Counted from the stretch's first letter, positions 34,742 to 48,632 are shown. The stretch: 64,000 nucleotides of DNA from Macrostomum lignano (GCA_002269645.1 NIVC01001204.1:248001-312000); one strand, 5' to 3'. Made by a program: numbers and translations. Notes: generated by a model not told the origin, from the sequence alone.

Positions 34742-36675
34742 TGGCAGCGGGAGGCACTTGCTGTGAAGTTTGGCTGCCTCCGATTCGAGCACTACCTCAG
34801 CGGCTGCCCAAGGTTCACCATCGTGACAGACCACCGCCCGCTGGTACCACTCTTCCAGCCGGGGTCTCGGCCGCCGCCCAGAATCGAGCGTATGGCACTG
34901 AGAGTGCAGCACCTCAGCTTCAACATCATCTACCAGCCCGGGCCGCAAAACCCAGCCGACGTGCTCAGCAGGCAGCCGCAAATGCAGACAACCGACAACC
35001 CCGGCGAAGTGCTCGACCGGCAGTTCATCAACGCCATCGCCCTCGGATCAACGCCACAAGGTCTCAGCTTCGAGTCAATCAAGCAGGCGGCCAGGCTCGA
35101 CGGTGTCACTCAGGCAGCCATCTCGGCACTTCAGACCAACCAGTGGACCAGCAACGACCATGAGCTCCGTGCGCTTGCCTGCATCCGGCAAGAACTGTCG
35201 GCCCACGACGGCGTTCTGCTTCGCGGTTCTTCGATCATCGTGCCAGCGAGTCTTCGGCGAGTAGTACTCCAGCTGGCGCACAAAGGCCATCAGTGCTGGC
35301 GGAAAACGCTAGACCGGCTTCAAACGAAGGTGTGGTGGCCAGGCATGAGAGGCGACTGCCAGGTCTTCGTGCAAAGCTGCCTCGCCTGCCAAGCAACGTC
35401 GCCTAAAACGACCAATCCGCCACCTCTTCAGCCCTCGCAGCTCCCCGACGGAGCCTGGCTCGTCCTCGGCATGGACTTCTACGGTCCGGTGCAGGACAAA
35501 ATGCTGCTAGTGACAACAGACCTTTACTCAAAGTTTCCAGAGATCAACATCGTCAGTTCGACCTCCGCAGAGGCTGTGCTGCCACACCTGAAAACTCTCT
35601 TCAGCAGGTACGGCATCCCACAAGAAATCATCAGCGACAACGGCCCACCCTTCAATTCTGCAGAGTTCCACAACTTTCTCGCTGAGCACGGCGTCAAGCA
35701 CCGCCGCATCTGCCCGCTGCACCCGGAGGCCAACGGAGCGACCGAGCGCGTCAACCGATGCGTCAACAAGGTCGTCAGGGCGGCCATCGCCGAAGGCCGC
35801 AGCTGGCGCAGTGCCCTAGACGACTGGCTCCTCGCATACCGCGTCACTCCTCATTCGGCAACCGGGTCGCGCCGGCCGAATTGCTAATGGGCCGGACCTT
35901 CAACGACACCGTCCCGTCGGCGCGCCCCTCGCAGCCCGTGTACCATCATCGCACACAGCTGACCCAGCGACACTCGGCCTACACCAGAGCGATGGCCAGG
36001 GACTTCAACCGTTCCCGGAGGGCCAAGGCCTGCAGCGTGAGGCCGGGTACTGCGGTGCTACGGAGGCGGAATCAGCGAACAAAGACTCAGACACCCTTCG
36101 AGGTCGAGCCCTGGACCGTCGTGGACAGGCGGGGTGACTCCTACGTGCTACAACAGGGCGACCGCACCTGCACTCGACACCTGACGCACATCCGCCCGCT
36201 GGTGGCGGCAGAGGGCGCTGCGGCGAACGCGGAACCGACGCCGCCAGAATGCGGCATTGCCCAGCGGCCGCATCCCCGCGCGGCCAAAGACAAGCCAATC
36301 AGCTACAAGGACTGATTTGGGGTTGGGGCTGATTAAGGACTGGAACAATTGTACGAGTACTTCGATGACTGTCATTCGAGCTTTTATCCCCTCTTTGTTT
36401 CTTTCTGCTTTGGGAGAAGTGTTTTTGCCACCTAGTTGAATTAGCCTAGCAGGGCGGTGCCTGTTCCCAGCGCGCTCTCTCTCTCTCTCGCCCGCTCTGT
36501 CCTAATCAATAGCGTAGCAATGTACATGTTCATGAATGTACGCATCGTTCACTGTCGCCTAACAAATATATATATATTGGGCCCACGGCCATATGGGGCC
36601 TTAAGCCTTTCGTTTCGCGCTCACACTGCCGCCTTCACTATCGCAGTCTTTACACTTCAGTGGAGCTAGGACACT
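34742..36675 (+). mobile_element. 5'-truncated Gypsy retrotransposon fragment (RNase H end, integrase, probable 3' LTR)
   Basis: EALAVKFGC...TDHRPL RNase H, AHKGH...CLAC, GMDFYGP, SDNGPPF and NGATER integrase. Frameshift near 35868, stop at 36315. Purine tract GGGAGAAG at 36412-36419 then a putative LTR from 36420, whose end is uncertain. Confidence 0.85.
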
Positions 36676-37112
36676 ATGTATAAATGACTATGCTTTACAG
36701 AAGTCCATTTGAATTCAATAATCTGCTACAGAGACCATAGCTAGCTGTGGAAGATGCACAATAAGTGCAGTCAGAATATTTGCATTTGTAGGCCAACATG
36801 TTTTCTTCATGTGATATCATAGTTTGTACCCTCTGATTTTACAATTAATATTTAATTATCGCAAGCCAGCTCAGTTGGCATGAGGATTTCGATGTTAAAC
36901 ATAAAAAGACTTTTGGAATTTTCTGCATATCCTACATTGAGACAGCTGGCAAATTGAAATATTTCATTAGAGGCAAAACCGAAGAATGGTCAGAGAAGGG
37001 CTGGTTAGAATACTGATCTACACAATTTTAATTTCTTGATTCACTTTTAATTAACGCAACGATGCGTTCGAGATGCGCTTACTTAAGTGGTGCATTGTGA
37101 GCTCACCAGTTT

Positions 37113-39347
37113 ATGGCAACATGAAAGGCTCGCATTCTCCGCACCTTCGATTCGGCCAATTTGAAAAAGAGCAGCTAAAAGCTGCCAGAGCCTAACTGAT
37201 ATGCTTAAGTGAGGAATATACTTCGAGGGGAGAGGGTGGTGACTTGATGCAGACAGAATCTAAGTTGTTTGAATCTTGCTTTTTTGTTTTGTTTGAGACC
37301 CAACAAACTAAAAATAAGGCTCTCTAGCGGGTTCCGATGAGGATCTTAGTGACAACCCCGCACTGGTGTGGCAGAAGATGCGGCAGCAGCATCGCATCGA
37401 AGCATGGAGAGCTGGTTATTCAGGCGTCAAACCCTCCGTGCATAGAGAACTCAAGAAGAGACTTATCATACAATAATCTATTAAGCTATTTATCAATTCG
37501 TATTTTATCACCTCTTCAGGAAGCGTTTTGCTTCTGCGTCCTGTAGATTGAGTAATGAACGTCTTGGCAAGAAGTGCATCAGATCTCGCGGCTTTTTTCA
37601 ATGGTCTTCAACTATGAAGCGTCCAACTTTTTATTTGATTTGAAATCTAAAATATCCGAACTGCAGATTAATAGGAGAGCTAATTCATAATTAAAACTAC
37701 AGTAAAACTCAGTTTAAAACTTCAGCATTCTAAAATTACGGCTATTGAGCACGGTTGGAGCACGAGAGTCATTTAGAAAATGTTATAAAAGAAGGAACGG
37801 TCTCTCGATCATCTACGTGACCAAAGCTGAATTTCGGTCTAAAAATCGAGTGTTTTCGAAACAAGTGTTTCGTGATCACGGCTCAAATTCACCGGAGACC
37901 GGCGAGACTAAACATAACTCGTAATAGAGAGAAGCAAAATCATCTATGCTCGTAGTCAGCGAAGCGGCGGTAGACTGGGCCTGAGAGTTGGGAGATCGGA
38001 AAAAAGTCCTAGACAGATCGATGTTGTAAAAAACCGGACTGACAGACACGCCTCAGCCATAATAGTGAAGATAAGGACTTTATAATAAAGGCAATAGAGA
38101 GAGGAGAGGAGAGGAGAGGAGAGGAGAAGAGAGGAGAGGAGAGGAGAGGAGAGGAGAGGGGAGGAGAGGAGAGGAGAGGAGAGGGAGGAGAGGAGAGGAG
38201 AGGGGAGGAGAGGAGAAGAGAGGAGAGGAGAGGAGAGGAGAGGAGAGGAGAAGAGAGGAGAGTAATTCCGTCCTACAAGCTTTCTAATGATGGAGAGGAT
38301 TTGTAACGAAATCGAAAGGTGCAAAAGGAAGGGAGAGGGGGGCTTCGTGTCTCACTCCCGTGGTGGTCCTTGGCTGATGATCGGCTCCAGCTTATCAGTG
38401 CGCGGAATCTCTGCTGCCTGAGGGGGGAGTCGAGAAAGGCAAATTGCAATAACTTGGGGGATCTGCAGCAGCCTCCTGGTATCCCGGATGGCCGGCTGAA
38501 GTTCGCACTGGTGAAATATTTTAAATATGTTGTTGTTCTGGTCTCTAACTCTTGTGGCTCTAGATCTAGTTCAAGTATCAATGTGAGAGCCAAATAACTG
38601 AGGCGGCGGATTCAACTGACTTTTTCTGATAATGCAAACACTTGATGGTTACTTACAGACCGTTGTACTTGATGGTCACAAACTCAAGATGTTATCTTAC
38701 AAAATATAATGTCTAGGATGGAATTCCAAATAAGAAGCTCGTTCGGTTCAAATTACAATGGGTTCTGGTTGTTTGAATGAACCGAAGGTTCAGTCTATTG
38801 TGGGGTAGGGATTGTCTTTTAGATTGGTTTCAATGGTTTCAATGGGTCAATTTATCAGTTTTGGTGTTTGAGTTGAGACCCTAACTGTTTCAATCAAAAG
38901 TGATTCTTAGATAGCTAACAGAAGCTAACTGAGGCAAGAGCGAGAAAGGACGAGGGAGCTTCTTGCTTGGTTAACGTGGGCTTTTGTAGTACTTTTCAGT
39001 TTTGATCGCATTGGGTGGTACATAGCTACTTTTCGTGAATTTCAGACACTGAATGTTCATGAAGGAGCTGCAGGGTACATGAGTACACAATGAAAATACT
39101 TCAGAAAATCAATTTTCACACTAATAGAGTTAATTCTGAGAGCAGGTGCTTAAATAACCCAGGCGCATTAACACACAATATTTAAGCCATAAAAGTGCAT
39201 CTAAAACATTATCAAAAATATTTACATTAAAATTTCTCAAAAAGCTCGCGCAAAAGCCAGAGAAGCTCTCACAGAATTCCGAGTTCAACTCAAGCTGCTG
39301 CATCAAGTCTCTCCAGCTTCTGCCTGACCCAGACGACCTTTGAATTT
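37113..39347 (-). repeat. Right arm of near-identical inverted repeat (partner 32082-34741)
   Basis: Identical ORF translations on opposite strands (e.g. 32836-33156 and 38273-38593). Confidence 0.95.
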
Positions 39348-39778
39348 TCCAGGTTCATGCAGATAACTGCTATCTGTGCATTGGATTGAATATTTCATTA
39401 ATTTGCAGTTGGGTATTGAAGTCCGCAGAACGTGAATTGAATTGCAGCACAAAATGTACAAAACTGCAGTTTATAGCAGGAGGGCTGTTTGCACTCGATG
39501 GCTCTCGATGTGCTGCTCATTTCCAAAAATAGCAGAGAAACCAAAGCAGCATTACCGTTGCTAAATTAGACAGAAATTGGCAGTTTCCGACCATGCGTGC
39601 GTCTATGCGTCCATACATCCCTTACTATGCAGTCTAAATTTAGAGGCGATTCCAGGTGTTTTTATGCAGAACACACAGACCCCTCTCATCAAGTCACCAT
39701 GCATCAAAATAAACATTTTTATTGAACAAACCAAAAGTGCATGAAAATTGTGTCAGTATTGAGCACCGCACCAGGCAG

Positions 39779-41277
39779 TCAGTCTGATTCAACCAAGATT
39801 GCTTCTCTGACCTCGAGTTTTTGTAGTCTCTCCACCTTCCGCTTGACCCTGACCCAGCCGATCTTCTCCTCGTCCTGCGTCTCCATGGCGACGCGTCTCT
39901 CTGTCTCGATCATCTCCATCTGCTGCAGGCTGAGCTCCACGTGCTCGCGGCAGTCGCTGTAGTAAGCTAGAGTGAGCAGCTCCTCCAAGTCCGGGTCTTC
40001 TTCCAGCTCTTGCTTCCAATCCTCCAGTTTAATTGCAGGTGCGCGATTGCGGAGCAGCTCAGCTTGGAGACTCCAGCTCAGGCAGCGGAAGTTCACGTAC
40101 AGGTGGGAGGAGAGAGGCTGCGACAGTCTGGCTGTGAACAGAGTCTGCGTGAACTCGGGAAGGAATGGGAAGCGAGGCGGAGAGTCGCAGGGGAGGCAGA
40201 ACCTCCACGCCCAGTCTGAGTCTTCTGGCAACTTTTTAAGGTACCTGCACTTGCTGTCTTCTTGAATATCCTCTGGCTTCAACCCTGACTCGACCTGATG
40301 TCTCTGCAGCTCCATCGCGAGTCTCTCAGCCTCCTCAGATTCTCCGAACTTCAAATGCGCCATGGCGGTCATGCACAGGGCGGCGCACTTGCACCACTGC
40401 AGCTCGTGCAGGAGACTGAGCTGCCTCATCAGAGTGCCTCTGTCGCTCGATTCCGACTGCAGCTCGCTCACACACTGGTGCAACACACTGTACACGTCTG
40501 CGAACTTGTAGTACATTTCTGAATAGTCAATTCCTTCCCTGATCTCCGTGACAGCAGGCGGCGCTGTCAGAGGCAGCAGAGTGAACGGGTGAAAGTAGAA
40601 CTTCTCTGACTGCAGAGGTCTCACGAGTCTCCTTAGCTGCTCGACCACTCCGCCAATGTTGCTTCTCAGCTCACGAAGTCGGTCTCGAACCCTCGACTTC
40701 GTGTTGTCGAAGTCGCCGCCGATTCCAGCGTTCTTGAAGTAGAGCGGAGCGTCGGGCATGAAGAAGTGCGGCATGCACTCATCGGGCGAGCTGCTTGAGT
40801 CGATGAAGCTCAGCATCATGTCGAGAGACTCCTTGAACAGAGCGATCAGATTGTGGGGCTGCCAAGCCTCAGTTTCAGGATCTGTGCCATACTTCTCCAG
40901 CATTGTGAAGAGCAGAGTCTTTGCATGGTAGGTCTTGAGTCCAGGTGTGTCCAGAGTGAGCGGCAAGTGTCTCTTGAAGATGAACTTGATGAGGGTGAAC
41001 AGCTGGCCCTGGACTGTGCTCAGTTCTCTGATGATGTCTTTCTCTTGGAAGCTGAAGCTCACTCTGAGCTCGTTGGTCGAGCTCGGTCTGGTCGCCCGAA
41101 CGAGGTGAACTGTATCCATGTATATCCATGTATATCCATATATCCATGCCATGTATTTAATATTAAGAAGTTTTCTAATTTTGTCCTCACAGAAACTGCT
41201 GCAGCACTCGATCGCATGGCACGTGTCCTGTGCAGGCCGCACACCGCACGCCGTGGCTGTCACTGCAGGTTGGCTGC
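39779..41277 (-). CDS. ANK-cGLR copy 3, exon 3: Mab-21/cGAS-like domain; gene = join(44895..43940,42503..42139,41277..39779), 939 aa
   Basis: CTCTGCAG|GC acceptor at 41277, Mab-21 motifs intact, open to TGA at 39779. Confidence 0.88.
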
Positions 41278-42138
41278 CTGCAGAGCGAAATGAGCGGCGA
41301 ATCGCTTTGTGGCGAGTGAAAACGATGGTTTAGTTTGAAACTGCAGATTTTCGCCTGGCTGGTTGGGAATTTTGGGCATTTGACTACGAGTGTATCTAAT
41401 GAAATATGCTTTCAAGCAGAAGGGTAGAATTTTTAGCTTTAATTTCAACTTGCAAAATTGGTAGCTAACAGTAGTATACATCAATCTAAATTGACTTGAT
41501 ATCAATAAGAATAATGATAAAAGATATTTGGTTTAAGTTATCGTATCGGCAGTGTCCTTTGATTAGCACGCACTGGTACAAAGTTTGAAGCTATGAGCAA
41601 AGTTCGGAGGTCCGTCATTCATTTGATCATCTGTAGTTGAGGAGCAGCAAATTTTGACTGGCTCCATCCCTAAAATACTCAAACTGGATGCATCTAATGT
41701 GTCCCCTCTGGCTTCATCAGGTTGCAGCTCAGCACGGCTGCTCAAGCATCATCAGGACTCAGTGCCCCGCAGCGAGGCACCAATCAGGCAGTCAGGGCGG
41801 CTTCGGTTTATTTTGTTTGAACTTTCCAAGTGAGAGCAGCAGCACCTCAGCAGAGCCATGCCGCCTACCGTGGGTCACCCAAGCACCGCTGCACCCACTC
41901 TGCTGCAATCGGAGCCTGTGAATTCAAAACCCAATGGCCCGGCTCAGCCAGTTGGCATCAGAGTTTTCTTTTCAATTTCGCCTGCCGCTTGTTTCAGCAC
42001 CCAAGCCGACATTCGCAGTCACAGAAGCTGCTGGAGGCTGGGCGCCACTCGGTTGCGAATTTAAAATTGAGCAAAGTTAATGGGCTCCCAGTTGCATGCG
42101 GCTCTCAGCATTCTGATGATGAACCCAGCCTCACTCAC

Positions 42139-42503
42139 CTGCTCCCACTGCCACCTGTGCGTGGCCCTCCGTGACCTGCAGTCGAGTGGCGTTTCTGCAG
42201 GAGTCCTTCCATTTTTTGCAGCCACCTTCCAGATGAAACTGCTGCCCAGCAACCAGCACAGTCCAGTCAATGTCCGAGTCTGCAGCTGTCCTGCCGTTCA
42301 CTTGCACCAGACTGTTGGCCCAGCCCTCTGCGTAGCTGCCCGTCATCTGCCTGCCATCCTGTGTGAGGACTCGAGCGACTCCTTTCAGCCAGTCAGCCAG
42401 TCTCTGCTGACAATTTGCTCTGTGCTCGGTGAATCCCGCATCGTTGAGCAGTCGATGCAGCTCCTCGCTCAGGCGCGTGTCTTGCTGGGAGTCGTCTGAG
42501 AGC
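42139..42503 (-). CDS. ANK-cGLR copy 3, exon 2: nucleotidyltransferase motif
   Basis: 365 nt with the same splice sites as copies 1 and 2. GSYAEG...DSDID intact. Confidence 0.85.
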
Positions 42504-42560
42504 CTGGAATGATCCGAGATGCGTGTGGGCGACTTGCTCTGAGTTGGCTGGACAGAACAG

Positions 42561-43317
42561 GCAGGAGAGCTGAGACTGCAGCTGCTGCAGCACTCAGACT
42601 GGCATCTCAAGCAGGAGAGCTGAGACTGCAGCTGCTGCAGCACTCAGACTGGCATCTCAAGCAGGAGAGCTGAGACTGCAGCTGCTGCAGCACTCAGACT
42701 GGCATCTCAAGCAGGAGAGCTGAGACTGCAGCTGCTGCAGCACTCAGACTGGCATCTCAAGCAGGAGAGCTGAGAGTGCAGCTGCTGCAGCACTCAGACT
42801 GGCATCTCAAGCAGGAGAGCTGAGACTGCAGCTGCTGCAGCACTCAGACTGGCATCTCAAGCAGGAGAGCTGAGAGTGCAGCTGCTGCAGCACTCAGACT
42901 GGCATCTCAAGCAGGAGAGCTGAGAGTGCAGCTGCTGCAGCACTCAGACTGGCATCTCAAGCAGGAAATCCGAGAGTGCAGCTGCTGCAGCACTCAGACT
43001 GGCATCTCAAGCAGGAAATCCGAGAGTGCAGCTGCTGCAGCACTCAGACTGGCGTCTCAAGCAGGAGAGCTGAGAGTGCAGCTGCTGCAGCACTCAGACT
43101 GGCATCTCAAGCAGGAGAGCTGAGAGTGCCAGACTGGCATCTCAAGCAGGAGAGCCGAGAGTGCAGCTGCTGCAGCACTCAGACTGGCATCTCAAGCAAG
43201 AGAGCTGAGAGTGCCAGACTGGCATCTCAAGCAGGAGAGCCGAGAGTGCAGCTGCTGCAGCACTCAGACTGGCATCTCAAGCAGGAGAGCTGAGAGTGCA
43301 GCTGCTGCAGCACTCAG
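42561..43317. repeat. 50-bp intronic VNTR, ~15-16 copies
   Basis: Unit GCAGGAGAGCTGAGACTGCAGCTGCTGCAGCACTCAGACTGGCATCTCAA. Only ~2 copies in the same intron of copies 1 (9835-9942) and 2 (28612-28728). Confidence 0.95.
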
Positions 43318-43939
43318 TCCAACGCAATCTCAACCCTTTTGAGTTTCGCTGCAATTTCTGCCCCAAGCTGCCAGCCTGATGGAAGGCGCAATGCGGCAGT
43401 GAAAGCCGAACCGGTCAGACTCACCGATGAAGCCTTGAATCTAAGCCGTGAGCGGCTGCCTGCCCGGCCTCTGGGCTTCTGCAATGCGGATAGGAAAGCC
43501 AGGGTTCTCACAGCAGTTGAGTCTGAGATTCTTAAGCGGCAAAAATCACTTTAATAAGTCGGAAACTCATATTGTACTGTTACGTGTAGCGCTCACGTTC
43601 CGCAGCTTGATAAAAATACTAACGCTTTTTTCAGGTAGCAAAATCAAAAAGCGGAGGGAGAGGCGGGCAGCAGCAGATGACCGAGAGAAAGAAGACAGTG
43701 AGCAAGAGATGCGCGAACTGGGCTTGGCTGCTCATCCTGTCTGCCAGCAGGGATTTGGAACTTTTCTTTTAAGAAGAAAAGACGGCAATTGCAGAGGCAT
43801 GAAACGCAATGAAGCTAATGTAGTGAAAAGACCAGCAGGATTGGCCAGCAGGAAAAACATTCCAAAAGACTAAAGAATAAAACATAAGTAAAACACAATA
43901 CTATACTGAAAAGACCTGTGAAATTCTCGTTGCACTCAC

Positions 43940-44895
43940 CCCGCTCCACTGAGATCCAGCAGCCGTAGCACCTGCCGCTGCTCAAATCGCTCTGCCACCT
44001 GAGCACACGTCAGACCCTGACCGTCTCGATGACTCGCATCCGCTTCTCTGTCCATCAGAGCCTTGGCTGCTCGCACGTGACCGGCTTCGCACGCTCGTGA
44101 CAGAGCAGTCCGACCCTGACTGTCTTCAGCACGCACTGACGCACCGAGATCGATGAGTTTCTCAATGAGCTCGTGATGACCTGCATCAGCTGCCAGCATG
44201 AGAGCAGTGGCTCCAGTGCTGTCTGGCAGATCGACATGCTCTGTGCTGACTCGCTCATCATTGATCAAGGTGGCAGCAAGAGCGACGTGTCTTTGAGAGA
44301 TGGAGAGACGGAGCAGCTGTGTGATGAGAGCTGGCTGCATTCGAGAGAGGGTGTCAGTGAGAACAGAGTTCCTGCCTTCGATGGCCATTGCTGCAGTGAA
44401 GCTGAGGATGGAGCTGGATTGGAAGAGCCAGTCGGGCTTGAGGCCGAGAAAGGTTACGACATCTTTGCGAAGACAAGAGCAAGCCGCGACTGCGCAATGG
44501 AAATGCAGATTCGCTTTCTGATCCGGACTTGAGAGACAGGAGATGAGGAACTTTACAGCCTCTAATTGACCATTGCTTGCGGCAGATTCGGCAGCGTCGA
44601 TGCAGCAGCGATCTCTGTTTTGTTGGTCAGCGACTTGTGGCACGAGAAACTTGACGACTTCTAAGTGACCATTGCTTGCGGCAGGTTTGGCAGCGTCGAT
44701 GCAGCAGCGATCTCTGTTTGCTTGGTCAGCGACATGTGACACGATTAACTTGACGACTTCTAAGTGACCATTTCCTGCAGCAGTTAGTATAGTACTGGTA
44801 ATTACGAGTGGGAAACCATTTCGTGCAGCCCGTTGAGCGTTTTGTGAGATTTCGCTGCTGGTGACGACCCGATGTCGGCTTTGGTTTTGGTCCAT
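43940..44895 (-). CDS. ANK-cGLR copy 3, exon 1: 2 variant repeats, spacer, canonical ankyrins
   Basis: ATG at 44895. Donor GG|GTGAGT at 43939 (phase 2). Confidence 0.88.
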
Positions 44896-45040
44896 TGTGT
44901 CAGAAAACCGTGTTAAAGTGCAAAGGAGGACTATAAAGAAGGCGAAAGTGGGTAAAAGGTGGAGTTAAGGGGGATTAAAGAAAACAGGCAGAGAAAAAAG
45001 AAGGGAGGGAGAGGGACGGAGAAAGAGGAGATGGAGAAAG

Positions 45041-45530
45041 AGTCACGGCTGCTGTCAGAGTGGCAGATGTCAGTCACGGCTGCTGTCAGAGTGGCAGATG
45101 TCAGTCACGGCTGCTGTCAGAGTGGCAGATGTCAGTCACGGCTGCTGTCAGAGTGGCAGATGTCAGTCACGGCTGCTGTCAGAGTGGCAGATGTCAGTCA
45201 CGGCTGCTGTCAGAGTGGCAGATGTCAGTCACGGCTGCTGTCAGAGTGGCAGATGTCAGTCACGGCTGCTGTCAGAGTGGCAGATGTCAGTCACGGCTGC
45301 TGTCAGAGTGGCAGATGTCAGTCACGGCTGCTGTCAGAGTGGCAGATGTCAGTCACGGCTGCTGTCAGAGTGGCAGATGTCAGTCACGGCTGCTGTCAGA
45401 GTGGTAGATGTCAGTCACGGCTGCTGTCAGAGTGGCAGATGTCAGTCACGGCTGCTGTCAGAGTGGCAGATGTCAGTCACGGCTGTTGTCAGAGTGGCAG
45501 ATGTCAGTCACGGCTGCTGTCAGAGCGGCA
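45041..45530. repeat. 31-bp minisatellite upstream of copy 3, ~16 copies
   Basis: Same unit as 13078-13377. Confidence 0.95.
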
Positions 45531-46072
45531 GGTGTTTCAAAGGTTTGTGCAGCCGGCTGCCAGAAAGATTTTACCGCCTCATCTCTCAGCTGCCCTCCCT
45601 TTTGCAGCCTCTGGCGAGGCCGACCACCCTCGGCCTTAGCAGCCGAAACTTCTCTCCCAAGCATGAGCGCTGAGTCCGCCGCCTTCGCCTCTGTGCACCC
45701 AGCATGGCAACGGAGAGGCTGGGACTGCAGCGGCCACCCCAAGCTGTACTTGATGAGGCTGAGCTGACCCGCATTGTGCCTCAGTGCAGTGTGAGATCTT
45801 TAAATGCATTTAATGGCCCACTGAGCGGTGTAAAATGCTGCTCAGTCCCGCAGTGCATCGGTTTGAGGAGGCGGTCAAATGTACAGAAAATGCATTGTTA
45901 AACTGAGCCAGTTTTCTCTCACCCTGCACTCTGGCCAGTCTCGCCTCTGCTCCTCTCGGGCGCAGTTCAGGCAACTGAGAATCCGCTGGGTTGAATTTAC
46001 AAGTGCAGGTGAATCACTGCCGCTCCTGTTTCATAGTTTAAACCGGTGGCAAACAGCCCTTGTGCCCCCTAA

Positions 46073-46497
46073 AGTCCCCATCCCTACAGTCACCATCCCT
46101 ACAGTCCCCATCCCTTCACTCACCATCCCTACAGTCAGCATCCCTACAGTCACCATCCCTTCACTCACTATCCCTTCACTCACCATCCCTTCACCCACCA
46201 TCCCTTCACTCACCATCCCTACAGTCACCATCCCTACAGTCACCATCCCTACAGTCACCATTCCTACAGTCACCATCCCTACAGTCACCATCCCTACAGT
46301 CACCATCCCTACAGCCACCATCCCTACAGCCACCATCCCTACAGTCACCATCCCTACAGTCACCATCCCTGCAGTCACCATCCCTGCAGTCAGCATCCCT
46401 ACAGTCACCATCCCTACAGTCACCATCCCTACAGTCACCATCCCTACAGTCAGCATCCCTACAGTCACCATCCCTACAGTCACCATCCCTACAGCCA
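46073..46497. repeat. 15-bp minisatellite upstream of copy 3, ~28 copies
   Basis: Same unit as 13924-14366, with a CCTTCACTCACCATC variant block. Confidence 0.95.
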
Positions 46498-47499
46498 CGT
46501 GCCTAATGAATGCATGCGGATTTCCAGGTGCACTGAGCTACGCTCGTACTTCTACAAAAATAAATATGTAGTTTTAAAGTAAATTTTGTATAGCTCGTAG
46601 CTGCTCGAGGCCTTTTTAGATGTGAAAGCGAAGCATATTTTGCTTGGTTTAGTATATTTTTACAATTATCTATATGTCGCCCTAACTACTGAGTTAGTTT
46701 GAAATTGTTTTTGTTTACTATTTTAATTTTCCAACTTCAATTGTTAAACGCATTTTTCGTCCTTTTTAGTTTTTTATACGTTAAATGTGTAAATTATACA
46801 GATTAGGACCTTAGAAAATATAAATGCAATTTTGCAGCACAAAGCTATAGTACAATTTTCTTTAAAACAGTCCAATAGAATTCCTTTTTGAAGACAAGTA
46901 TTGCTAAATACAGGTGAGCAAGCGGCCTTGAAGTTACAAGTAGCCATCGAGTCAACCAGGATGCAGTGAGGCCACTCATTGACCAATTGTCTTCTATAAG
47001 AATCGCCATAGAAAGCAGTCCATATAGACGGTTAATATTTCGGAACAGAGCGCTTTTCAGTTGTAGAGCTGTTTATTTCGGGATTTACGAGTAGTGCACT
47101 TAAAAAGAAGCACAAAGCCTTGAGCTTCAGGTTGTTCAAAAAGAAACAAAGTAAAGTACAGCTTACAAATTTAAAAAAGAAACTTGGTTCTCAACTCTGA
47201 ACTCCAACTCAAAAGCTGTATCTGTCTCGTCAGTAGGATAGAGTGACATACTTAAGAACGGAGCACATGAAAAATACATTCATATATAAAGATATCAGAT
47301 AGTTCTCAGCCTCGTTGAGTTTAAAAAGTCTCTGCTGCAGACCCATTACGAACAGAAATATTGCGTCTTTTGAGAGAGTTTCAATCCAGCAATACGAGCG
47401 TAAAGTCAGCTTAAAATTGTTCCTTCAACATTTCCAGAGTTCTGATTGGCTAGTTATTACAATCGATTCCATTCTCGCAGCTGCTGGCTGCTCCCAGCC

Positions 47500-48632
47500 T
47501 CACGGCTTCATCCAGACGTACTCGAACTCGCTGGCCAACTCCTCGGGCACAGCGTGGAACTTCAGCAGGCGGCACATCCGGCCTGATGGTGAGAAGGCGC
47601 TGCCCAGGCAGCTCGGGCTGCTGTGGCAGGCGGCGCTGCACTCGAATTCAACTCTGGCTGGGAAACTGCTGTGAGTCATGGAGCTCTGAGCGCTGCTCAT
47701 GTTGGGATGTTTTGGCATGTTTTCATCTGGATAGAATCAATGGTGATTGGATATTTTGCTGACAATCCTTGCATAAAATATGGAAGCCTTCTTCTTTCAT
47801 CCATTTTTGATGTCTCCACGGTAAATTTTCATTTCCTATATCCTAAAAATGAGTTGTGTGTATGTATGTATGATTCTGATGTATTATTCTAACTATACGA
47901 TTATATTCTAATCGCTATCTGAGCGTGCAAGAATGTAAGGAGATCTGAGTCCTAAGTTTATTTTGCATGCTGAATTAGCATACAAAGTGGTGACTTAGTG
48001 CTAAAGCGGGCACTAAAGCTGAAAGCCCCTAGTGATGAAGCCCTTGGTATAGGGCATGTGCTAAAGACCCTGATGCTGGCCTACATTAAAATCTTGAGCT
48101 TACGAGCTCATGCTTAATAACACACCCACCCGATTCAAACACATCATGTGCACGACGCATAAGTTACCCATACTGACCATCATTTCATTCGCTTACATTT
48201 CGGGTAGATGATTTCATAGATTGAATTTCTATAGCCACCACCGCACACCTGCGATGCATTCCCGGCGCATTGAGAATTGCACTGGGAGTCAGGAGCGGCT
48301 CCGAGAGAGCCGTAGGCCGACCCGCAGCAGCAGTACTCGCCCGCCTGAGCCCCGAAGTAGCGGAAACGGCCGCACTTGCAGATGTCGGCGCACAGCTGCA
48401 GCGTCATCTCGCCCGGCCTCTGCACAAAGGCGGGCACAGTCGGTTTCGTGGCGTACGGACCGAACTTGACAATGCCTTGAAGTCCTCGCAAGTCTCGGTT
48501 GCTGTTATAGAGACCGTCCACATAGCAGCCGATGTACTGAAAACCCAGCGGACTCGGAGTTGAGGAGGCCATGCAGCTCCAGAGCCAAATGAGCAACAGA
48601 GAATAGACAGCGAAGACAGTTTCTAAAGGCAT
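47500..48632 (-). CDS. Secreted WSC-domain + PAN/apple protein, paralog 1; join(48632..48197,47726..47500), 220 aa
   Basis: Signal-like MPLETVFAVYSLLLIWLWSCMASS. WSC pattern YIGCY...MTLQLCADIC...YFG.Q.GEYCCCG...CNSQC.GN...CGG. Phase-1 intron GTAAGC...TCCAG. PAN-like ECSAACHSSPSCLG..F....CRL. Confidence 0.85.

Noticed and set aside
34742-34754. TGGCAGCGGG as a tRNA-Leu primer-binding site
   Set aside because: It lies within RNase H coding sequence (REALAV) at a truncation point, with no LTR upstream.
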